Source of the DNA: a virus
Lineage: Duplodnaviria > Caudoviricetes
Virus record (IMG/VR): IMGVR_UViG_3300048578_000353
Coordinates: 1-25,967 of that record
DNA: 25,967 bases
Strand: one strand, 5' to 3'
The position numbers and the translations under genes are program-made. Numbering within the stretch: the stretch's first letter is position 1; each line of letters starts with the position of its first letter. Of the stretch, positions 17,668 through 24,598 are shown one piece after another. Below the pieces are notes generated by a model that searched no databases, was not told where the DNA came from, and worked only from the letters and a program-made list of their open reading frames with translations.

Positions 17668-18762
17668 TTATTTCTCGATGGTTTGATCCCGAAAACTCTG
17701 ACCCGTAGCCGGTAGCCTGTCGTCTGCCGCCTCTTGCTCCGAGCTCTTCCACTCTTTAATCGCGTCCATGGCCTTGATTTCTTCCCGGATTCCCTCGTCG
17801 AGCCATTCGCAGACCGATCGCATCAGATCTTCGCCCGCATAACGCGAGCCAAGCAGGTGGATCGCAGAATCTCGCAGATGGTGTTTCGCAAGAACCAGAT
17901 TTTTATCCAGTCCGGAACCGGCCAGATGTTTATTTTTTTCGAGGAGGGTTTCGGCCCGAACGATCAGGGTTTTGATTCTCGCAAACGATCGTATGGCCAG
18001 GGCTTGAGCGCTCAGGACAATATCGCCCTGGAGCCGCTCTGCCGTCAGGATCTGAGTGGCCCTGGCGAAGATTGACGCGGTATCGATCGCCAGGTTGATA
18101 ATGCGTTCAAGCTGCCGTTCGACCGAACCGGAGAGGCTTGGGTCCTTGGGCTTTGGACCTTGGCCTAAAGCCGAAAGCCCAGAGCCTGAAGCCTGATCCG
18201 CGTTGGACGTTGAAGGTTCGACGTTCGAAGGATTTTCCGCCTTGGCCTCGAACATTCCGCACATAGGGGCTGTTGCCTTGCGTTTTTTGTGATAGCAGCC
18301 AACAGAACAAACCCCAAATTCATCATTCGTTGGCTGAAATTGTTTGCAATCGCCGCAAGTCGGAGCTTCTTGCTTCGGTGTTGGCCGTTGAGCGTTGGCC
18401 GTTGAATGTTTGACGTTCGAATTCTTTTTTTTCTTCGTGAATTCAGCCGAGGGATCACGGCGTTTAATCAGATCAATAATGGCCTGGGCAAATTTATCTT
18501 TGGGTGGATATTTTCCGCTTTCGATATTGTAGATTTGCTGATCGGAGCAATCCAGATTCCGGGCTACGGACTCTCTGGCAAGCTTGTATCGTTCGCGAAA
18601 GACCTTGAGGGCCTCACCGGGATCGGAAGGGTAGGAAGATGGGCTTTGGTCCTTGGCCTTTGAGCTTTTGTCCAAAGCCGAAAGCCCAGAGCCTAATGCC
18701 TGATTTCTCTTCTGTTGTTGGTTCGGGCTTTCCTTGCCCGCCGTCATCCGTGACGTTTTCAT
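17668..18762 (-). CDS. Multidomain protein: XRE HTH + Cys-rich Zn-binding motif + helical C-terminus; candidate late regulator
   Basis: GEALKVFRERYKLARESVARNLDCSDQQIYNIESGK (XRE HTH); TCGDC...GVC...C...PMC; likely start MKTSRM (AAGG SD) rather than GTG at 18822. Confidence 0.65.
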   Translation of the reverse strand: MKTSRMTAGKESPNQQQKRNQALGSGLSALDKSSKAKDQSPSSYPSDPGEALKVFRERYKLARESVARNLDCSDQQIYNIESGKYPPKDKFAQAIIDLIKRRDPSAEFTKKKKNSNVKHSTANAQRPTPKQEAPTCGDCKQFQPTNDEFGVCSVGCYHKKRKATAPMCGMFEAKAENPSNVEPSTSNADQASGSGLSALGQGPKPKDPSLSGSVERQLERIINLAIDTASIFARATQILTAERLQGDIVLSAQALAIRSFARIKTLIVRAETLLEKNKHLAGSGLDKNLVLAKHHLRDSAIHLLGSRYAGEDLMRSVCEWLDEGIREEIKAMDAIKEWKSSEQEAADDRLPATGQSFRDQTIEK

Positions 18763-18830
18763 GTCTTGCCTTCGGTCATCTATGACCAGGCAAGCGAGAT
18801 CAGAGGGGTGTCTTTTCGACACCGATGGGT

Positions 18831-18858
18831 ATTAAAGCAGATTAGATTGTTGAGTCAA
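18831..18858 (-). promoter_or_regulatory. Putative sigma70 promoter for morphogenesis operon
   Basis: Minus strand TTGACT-N16-TTTAAT with AT-rich upstream tract. Confidence 0.45.
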
Positions 18859-18921
18859 GATAAATTTATTCAGAGTTTTAATTTTTCGATGTTAGTAACG
18901 GATATTTGATTCCATCTATAT

Positions 18922-19053
18922 TTAAAATTCGAATATTTTGAAAACGATAACTAGAATAATCGCAATAACAACGATTATTCCAATGATTATTAACGTTTCT
19001 CGCGTTTTAGCTCTTACCATTGCCCTGGCAATCTTATCAGCATCATCCTTCAT
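18922..19053 (-). CDS. 43-aa membrane peptide (not in ORF track)
   Basis: GGAGG SD 7 nt upstream; MKDDADKIARAMVRAKTRETLIIIGIIVVIAIILVIVFKIFEF. Confidence 0.7.
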   Translation of the reverse strand: MKDDADKIARAMVRAKTRETLIIIGIIVVIAIILVIVFKIFEF

Positions 19054-19073
19054 GGATAATCCTCCATCGATTT

Positions 19074-19175
19074 CTAGTTTATGATTTTAACAATCAGCAA
19101 AATAATCATGCTAACAACAAAGTAAATCGCTGCCAGAATTAGCCTAGGATATAGAAACCCCCACGGATTATTCAT
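19074..19175 (-). CDS. 33-aa membrane peptide (not in ORF track)
   Basis: MNNPWGFLYPRLILAAIYFVVSMIILLIVKIIN; starts 11 nt after repressor stop, GGTG SD. Confidence 0.55.
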   Translation of the reverse strand: MNNPWGFLYPRLILAAIYFVVSMIILLIVKIIN

Positions 19176-19186
19176 ATTTTCACCGT

Positions 19187-19813
19187 TTACAGATATTTCG
19201 GACCTTCTCTGTCGATCAATCTTTTTATAACCGCTCGAACATGGAAGTCGTCGTTTGGTTTTACTTCTTTGGGTTCGTATTCCTTATTCGTAGGATCCAA
19301 TACAATCTTCCCCTGGACTTGTCGAACCACTCGAAAAATATCTTTGCCGTTGAGCTTACATGCACAAGGCCTATTAGTTGCTTGTTTTAAAGAAATCTCA
19401 TGGGTTAAATCCGTAGAGTGATCGGCTGCGACGATATCACCTTCGAAGTATGTTGGAGACAATCCATCATCTGGAATCGTATAAAGAATGCGATTCTCTT
19501 TCCATTGCGATGCCAATACCGGGTGCATTTGCAGTTCCCCTTCCACCGGGAGCTTATCAGCAATCTTCCCCAAAAGAGGAAGCTCCCATTTAACTGTACC
19601 TTCACGGGTGCCAGTTTCATTAAACAACTTTTCGACCGTGGTGTCAAGGGATTTGGCAATTTTCTCCAATGTCTTGCGTCTGGGCATTCTTCGATCATTT
19701 TCGATGTTACTCAGGGTCGGTTGAGGGATTCCTGATTTTTGGGAAAATGTTTGTTGATCATACCCCTTTTCTTCATAAAGCCGCTTGATTTTCTTCCCTA
19801 AGGTTTCGCTCAT
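19187..19813 (-). CDS. Phage repressor: XRE HTH + degenerate LexA/S24-like domain
   Basis: LGKKIKRL...GYDQQTFSQKSGIPQPTLSNIEND..P....L.KIA..L; LPLLGKI, L.P...EGDIV, L.P.N.EY.P; divergent from early operon. Confidence 0.88.
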   Translation of the reverse strand: MSETLGKKIKRLYEEKGYDQQTFSQKSGIPQPTLSNIENDRRMPRRKTLEKIAKSLDTTVEKLFNETGTREGTVKWELPLLGKIADKLPVEGELQMHPVLASQWKENRILYTIPDDGLSPTYFEGDIVAADHSTDLTHEISLKQATNRPCACKLNGKDIFRVVRQVQGKIVLDPTNKEYEPKEVKPNDDFHVRAVIKRLIDREGPKYL

Positions 19814-19820
19814 ATTTCCC

Positions 19821-19851
19821 ATTATATCGCAGATATATAATATTATTTCAA
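19821..19851 (-). promoter_or_regulatory. Putative repressor promoter (likely leaderless mRNA)
   Basis: Minus strand TTGAAA-N19-TATAAT, with ATG (19813) 7 nt downstream and no clear SD. Confidence 0.5.
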
Positions 19852-19954
19852 TCACAAATGTTTGCTATTTAATAATTTAACGAATAATTTCAAAAACATT
19901 TCAAAAACGTGAAAAATATATTGACAATTATTTCAATATGAAATAATATGAAAT
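19843..19954. promoter_or_regulatory. Operator-like repeats
   Basis: Palindrome ATTATTTCA-ATA-TGAAATAAT (19927-19947); TTATTTCAAT x2 (19843, 19928); ATTTCAAAAAC x2 (19887, 19898); AATATGAAAT x2 (19935, 19945). Confidence 0.65.
19921..19949 (+). promoter_or_regulatory. Strong early promoter
   Basis: TTGACA-N17-TAATAT with A-tract UP-like region; operator palindrome fills the spacer. Confidence 0.8.
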
Positions 19955-20483
19955 ATACAAGATTGGGAAGGAATGAGACATGAACACAGAAGATCGAACA
20001 TTTAAATTCTCCAATTCAAAATCACTAAGGGTTCCCCGGGCGGATGGTCCGTCCGATTTTCTAAAAATGATCTCGTCGTTCTTATTTAATACATTGAGGC
20101 GGCGAGATCAGAGGCTAATCACCCAGCTACGCGGCTGGATCAAATCACGCAAGTGGTGGCTCGGCGATTCCGCGTCTCATTCCCAACGATCGCCGGGCCA
20201 TTTATTCTGTATTATCGCCGCTCTTTTCATCCGGCAATTTATTCCTGCTCCAGACCGCAGAAACCTCATCGTCCCGCGATGCAATACCCCGGCTCGCGGG
20301 GCATTTGAATCGGGCCGACTTGAGGTCCGATCTTGGGGTGTCCAGACGATTGCGATGGTCGCTTTAACAACCGATCCTCCCTTCGGCTAGCTGAGCACAA
20401 CACTTCGCTCGATGTCGATTCACCCCAGGCATCGAGCTTTCCGGCTCCTCGTGAGCCTCGGGTGTGTTGTAACAATCTTGATA

Positions 20484-20528
20484 ACTGAATATCTGAAACT
20501 GAACGCTGACGGCTGATAGCCGACAGCT
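20484..20528. repeat. Heptamer tandem array (GCTGAnn type)
   Basis: ..ACTGAAC GCTGACG GCTGATA GCCGACA GCT, directly after the closing helix of the structured domain. Confidence 0.75.
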
Positions 20529-20716
20529 TCAAACAAAATGATCAGGGATACAGCCCGGCGAAATAATTGTGGGCTACAGCCTGCAGATTAATCCCGCAGG
20601 CCCTAGCCGGTGGACCGCAGCTTTTTTCGTCAGGGCACTTTCCCGGTCACCGGGATCGGGTGGATCGGCTCCATCCTTTCCCATTAACCAATAAAGCGAA
20701 TGCGATAAATTGGATC

Positions 20717-20750
20717 GGTTGCCTGACCTCATAAGTCAGGCAACCACTTT
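20717..20750 (+). terminator. Putative intrinsic terminator/attenuator in early leader
   Basis: Perfect 11-bp stem GGTTGCCTGAC-CTCATAA-GTCAGGCAACC followed by ACTTT (weak U-tract). Confidence 0.5.
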
Positions 20751-20807
20751 GACAAACGAGTCAGCATCGGGTGCTCGGCGGTTCATGCCCGCTGGGTGCC
20801 TTTGAGG

Positions 20808-21080
20808 TCAAGGATGAGGGTCAGGTTCTCGCAATGTTTCCTCCCCGTGAACCTGGCCGCAAGGCAAGGATGCCAGCGGCGAATCCGGGACAGCAACCCG
20901 GCTTCGCCAGTCGAGGTCGGCAGCTATTGATTTTTTAAAGAGCACTCGCTGATAGATGTATTTTGAACGATTGTGTTTTTGTGTAAAGGGAAATAGTTAA
21001 CAAACATTCTCACAGGGTTGATGGCTGGAATTTAACAGCCGTCATGGGCGGCGGAGCCGCTCGGTAACACCAGGGATGGT
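20808..21080 (+). promoter_or_regulatory. Cluster of CsrA/RsmA-type GGA hairpins
   Basis: TCAAGGATGA (20808), GGC-AAGGAT-GCC (20863), GGGCGGC-GGA-GCCGCTC (21046), ACC-AGGGAT-GGT (21069, covers SD of first early gene). Confidence 0.55.
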
Positions 21081-21083
21081 CGA

Positions 21084-21572
21084 ATGATGATAACGGATGA
21101 AGTCATGATATCGAAAGCGACGGAAATTTTGCAGCAGATGGAACAAGAGGGCCTGGCCCGGAAAGAGATGGCCTGTGTGACGGGCTACTCCTACCAGCAG
21201 ACCTGCAAGTTCATGAGCGGCGAGTCCAACCCGACCACGGACTTCCTCAATCGCCTCTTCATCTATACCGGAGACATCCGCATCATTGACCTGATCACCC
21301 ACGGCCGCCAGGTGGCGGTCATTCCGATCGACGATAACACCACGCCGCTGGGGGCGGTGGGTTCACTTAAGGAACTGATCGATCTTCGCCAGCACGAGCT
21401 CGACCGGGAAAAGTATCTCTTGAAAATTATCTCTGACGGCAAGGTCGATGAATCCGATCGTGAGGCGTTGAATCAGTTTAACTCCGAGTTCGCACGCGCC
21501 ATCACCCACGCCTACGCGATCCACCGAGCCGTGAATATCGAATTCGAACACGCGACAAGGGGGAAGAAATGA
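21084..21572 (+). CDS. Early regulator: N-terminal HTH + CII/CP76-like C-terminus
   Basis: GLARKEMACVTGYSYQQTCKFMSGESNP (HTH); I.DGKVD..DRE.L motif of phage CII-like proteins; first gene of early operon. Confidence 0.65.
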   Translation: MMITDEVMISKATEILQQMEQEGLARKEMACVTGYSYQQTCKFMSGESNPTTDFLNRLFIYTGDIRIIDLITHGRQVAVIPIDDNTTPLGAVGSLKELIDLRQHELDREKYLLKIISDGKVDESDREALNQFNSEFARAITHAYAIHRAVNIEFEHATRGKK

Positions 21573-22024
21573 ACGAAACAAAAGTTACAGAATTCATTGA
21601 AAATCATGTAGGTCACCTCAATACACGTATCGCGAGAATGCAAGATGAAATTAATATACTGAGGGATCAAAACCACAAGCTGAATAAGATCAATCGCAAA
21701 CTTGAAGCTCAATCGATTTCGAAATTCGACCAATTTATTGACTTGCTTTCAAAATGTGCTCTTTATTCAGTGTACGAGGATATCGATCCGGAACTTGATG
21801 GGCAGATTAATTCCTTTCTTGATTTTCACCATATCCATAAGGATTTATCATTACCTGATGTCGATAGATATGTGAAACAAGAACAGGCTATCCAAGCCAT
21901 GAAGACTGCTCTGGAGACAATTCTCCAAAAGCACACGAAGACGGATACCAAGGAGCACAATTCATATCCTCCAACCGTCGTCCTATGCAAACAAGCTCTC
22001 GTACAATGGCAGGAGGCTCAATAA
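21569..22024 (+). CDS. Hypothetical coiled-coil protein
   Basis: 151 aa, overlapping start/stop with both neighbours; lower GC. Confidence 0.65.
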   Translation: MNETKVTEFIENHVGHLNTRIARMQDEINILRDQNHKLNKINRKLEAQSISKFDQFIDLLSKCALYSVYEDIDPELDGQINSFLDFHHIHKDLSLPDVDRYVKQEQAIQAMKTALETILQKHTKTDTKEHNSYPPTVVLCKQALVQWQEAQ

Positions 22025-22311
22025 TGAGCGGAACCTATAAAGAATGTCCTAATAAAGAATGCCAGGGCACGATTGGACCGGATTATTATCACGTGGGCCG
22101 ATGGGAAAAGCAGCCCAAAGCTAAAAACATCTTCCGGGTGGTTCGCCATCATTATCTATGGTGCGAGAATTGCCAAACGGCCTTTGACCTGGTGGAAGAT
22201 CAATACTATGGCAATTTCACCAGCCAGGAATCGAGACGGGAAAAAGATTGTCCGGCCGAAGCGGCCCGGATCAAAAAGCACATTCCCGCGTTTCAATTAC
22301 AGACTGTGTAG
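22024..22311 (+). CDS. Zn-ribbon-like protein
   Basis: Start at TAATG overlap (MSGTYKE); CPNKEC and CENC pairs. Confidence 0.65.
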   Translation: MSGTYKECPNKECQGTIGPDYYHVGRWEKQPKAKNIFRVVRHHYLWCENCQTAFDLVEDQYYGNFTSQESRREKDCPAEAARIKKHIPAFQLQTV

Positions 22312-22328
22312 GGTGGGCTGTGCCCACC
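22308..22328 (+). repeat. GTAG-type REP-like palindrome
   Basis: GTAG-GGTGGGC-TGT-GCCCACC; the TAG doubles as stop codon of the upstream gene. Confidence 0.7.
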
Positions 22329-22345
22329 ATAGGAAGGGAACACCA

Positions 22346-22594
22346 ATGCAAGCAACAGAGCAAAAGATTTTTGGGATCATCGCGAGTCAGGTCGGAGCCG
22401 ATTCATCTCAGATCAAACGCGATCATTTTCTATCCCAGGATTTAGGCCTCGATTCCCTCGATGGCGTCGAAGTTTTGATGGAAATCGAAGACACGTTTAA
22501 TGTCGCCGGAACTATTCCAGACGATGAGGCCGAAGCCTGTAAGACGGTGGACGATGTGATCCGCCTGGTCGAACGGCATGTTGAAAAAAACTGA
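22346..22594 (+). CDS. acpP: Acyl carrier protein
   Basis: 82 aa from MQATEQKI (AGGAAGGGA SD); DLGLDSLDGVEVLMEIEDTF phosphopantetheinylation motif and IPDDEAE...TVDDVI. Confidence 0.93.
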   Translation: MQATEQKIFGIIASQVGADSSQIKRDHFLSQDLGLDSLDGVEVLMEIEDTFNVAGTIPDDEAEACKTVDDVIRLVERHVEKN

Positions 22595-22620
22595 ACACTG
22601 AAAGCTGATAGCTGAGAGCT
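22591..22620. repeat. Heptamer tandem array
   Basis: CTGAACA CTGAAAG CTGATAG CTGAGAG CT, between ACP stop and transposase start. Confidence 0.8.
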
Positions 22621-22627
22621 TTAAAAA

Positions 22628-24598
22628 ATGCGTTACATTACCATACAAGAAGCAAGCAAACGATCGGGCCTTAACGAGGGCTCCATTCGGAGGATGTGCA
22701 AAGACTTCTCCGATCGGGGCCAGGCTCACATTTGCATGGACGGCTCCAAGCCATCCTGGAAGATCAGCGAATCGGCCGATCCCCGCTTCTTTGCGGTCAA
22801 GCTCCCGCACATGCTCCCCGCCGATCTTCGCGACGTCAGCCAGAAAGATCGCGACGAGGCCTTTAGACGACTCTCGATCCTAAAACGCTGGGAGGAATTC
22901 CTGACCGAGCAGCTGCGTCAGAACATCACTCGAACGGATGCGACGAACGCTTTCCTGACCAACAATCCGGATTTAAACGTCTCACGCGCTACCTTATATA
23001 TATGGGACAAACGCTACCGCTCCGAAGGCCTTCGCGGACTGCTCCCGAAATACATTGCCAAGGAAACAACGATCTCCGAAGAGGCGATCGCCGCCTTTCG
23101 AAGCTTATTTCTGACCACTAATAAACTCTCGGTCAAGACCTGTTGGCGGATGGTCCAGACCCTTTCCGCTCAGAACGGCTGGAACTGGTTCGGCACCGCC
23201 CGATCCTGCCAGCGGTGGGTGGCGATCACCTTCACCAAGGCGGAACTGACCCTCAACCGCGAAGGGGAGGAATCCTATAATGAGATTTGTGCTCCCTATC
23301 TCCAGCGGGATCCGGAGCAGTGGTCCGGCAACGAATGCCTGGTGGGCGATCATCACCAACTTGACTTGTGGTGCCGCTACCAGGGCCGGTTGATTCGCCC
23401 CTGGATGACCGCCTGGGAAGATATGCGATCCAAGATGATCACCGGCTGGGTTCTGTGCGAAAGCCCGAATTCCTCAACGATTCTCCTGGCGTTCCGCCGG
23501 TCGTGTAAATCCGAGTTCGGCCCGCCGGCCCACGCCTATATGGATAATGGGAAAGATTACGATTCCTTCGTCCTTCAGGGACGGACCAAACCCCAGCGGC
23601 ATAAAGCGATCCGTAAAGGCGATTTAAACGAAGGTCAAATCCAGGGTCTCTTCGGCCAGATGGGCATCACGGTGACGTTTGCCATTCCCTATAATCCGCA
23701 GTCCAAACCCATCGAACGATTTTTCCGAACGATGGAAGATCAGTTCTGCAAGACCTTCGCGAGCTATTGCGGCAATAAACCGGAAAATCGCCCGGAGGAT
23801 CTGCAGCGGATTCTCGACGCCAACGGCGACGGCATTCCGACTTTTGAAGAAATCGAAAAGAAACTCACCACGTGGGTGAACGAAGTTTATCATGTTTCCG
23901 AGCATAATGGCAACGGCATGGAAGGCCGCTCGCCGATGCAGGTGATGCGCGAAACCCAATCGGTCAAACGCCTGGCGGATGACCGGATTCTGGATCTGCT
24001 GCTGATGGCTTGGTCCAAGCCGATCGGGGTCGGCAAGCACGGCCTGCGCTTTAACAATATCAATTTCGGGATGGGCCAACCCGAGATGATTGCCCTCCAG
24101 GGCCGCGAGGTCCGGATCGCCTACGATCCGGCGGACATCGCCGAGGTCACCGTCTGGGGAATGGATGGAAAATTCCTCTGCCGGGCGAAGGCGAATTCGA
24201 TCGTCCAGGGTATGACGGATGAGCATCTGCGTAAAGGCATGGCCATGAAGCGGCACATCAAAAAAGCCCTTCGCCAGGCCGACGACGTGCGGCACCTGGC
24301 CCATAAGGATGTTTCCGAATTGGCCCTCAAAGCGGCGGCAGACGCCGCCAGGGAATCCGCCGGTGAGATTCCCGACCCGAACATCGAACGGTATTCGCCG
24401 ATTCGAAGCGATCTGGATGCGGCTCTGCTGAATATCGCTAAGCCCCTCAAAAAAGCGGCCGGCGATGACAGTGAACCCATCAGTTTTATACAGTCGGATT
24501 TAATGGAGAATCAGGACGGTCCTGATTCGTCGGATATTGATAGTGACATCTCTGACGGACTTCTATCATTTTCGCGAGGTCTAGATGAGAAAAAATGA
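22628..24598 (+). CDS. Mu-like DDE transposase (MuA)
   Basis: 656 aa; N-terminal HTHs (VSRATLY.W...Y...GL.GLLP), VGDHH, YMDNGKDY, PYNPQSKPIERFF, YH...H.G...SP, Mu C-terminal V.I.YDP.D. Confidence 0.95.
   Translation: MRYITIQEASKRSGLNEGSIRRMCKDFSDRGQAHICMDGSKPSWKISESADPRFFAVKLPHMLPADLRDVSQKDRDEAFRRLSILKRWEEFLTEQLRQNITRTDATNAFLTNNPDLNVSRATLYIWDKRYRSEGLRGLLPKYIAKETTISEEAIAAFRSLFLTTNKLSVKTCWRMVQTLSAQNGWNWFGTARSCQRWVAITFTKAELTLNREGEESYNEICAPYLQRDPEQWSGNECLVGDHHQLDLWCRYQGRLIRPWMTAWEDMRSKMITGWVLCESPNSSTILLAFRRSCKSEFGPPAHAYMDNGKDYDSFVLQGRTKPQRHKAIRKGDLNEGQIQGLFGQMGITVTFAIPYNPQSKPIERFFRTMEDQFCKTFASYCGNKPENRPEDLQRILDANGDGIPTFEEIEKKLTTWVNEVYHVSEHNGNGMEGRSPMQVMRETQSVKRLADDRILDLLLMAWSKPIGVGKHGLRFNNINFGMGQPEMIALQGREVRIAYDPADIAEVTVWGMDGKFLCRAKANSIVQGMTDEHLRKGMAMKRHIKKALRQADDVRHLAHKDVSELALKAAADAARESAGEIPDPNIERYSPIRSDLDAALLNIAKPLKKAAGDDSEPISFIQSDLMENQDGPDSSDIDSDISDGLLSFSRGLDEKK

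Larger units (their letters stand above)
19956..20750 (+). ncRNA. Candidate large structured non-coding RNA / early leader
   Basis: More than 15 consecutive hairpins with G-U pairs on the plus strand, GCAA tetraloop, 5'/3' closing helix 19958-65/20473-80, long-range pairings 19970-79/20174-83 and 20334-40/20421-27; begins at predicted TSS. Confidence 0.65.

Noticed and set aside
19980-20390. 136-aa plus-strand ORF after the early promoter (possible ner/cro)
   Set aside because: No HTH or other motif, atypical composition, and it overlies dense RNA stems; better explained as non-coding, though a leader ORF is not excluded.
19956-21083. tRNA, tmRNA, group I/II intron, retron or DGR template
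   Set aside because: No cloverleaf, intron boundary/domain V motifs or reverse transcriptase recognised, and no adenine-variant copy seen; a covariance-model search is still needed.
22073-22345. N-terminal extension of ACP in ORF track (173 aa)
   Set aside because: Overlaps the Zn-ribbon gene; real start is ATG 22346 with a good SD.
17627-22620. Heptamer arrays or hairpin run as CRISPR array
   Set aside because: No constant 25-40 bp repeats with unique spacers and no cas genes.
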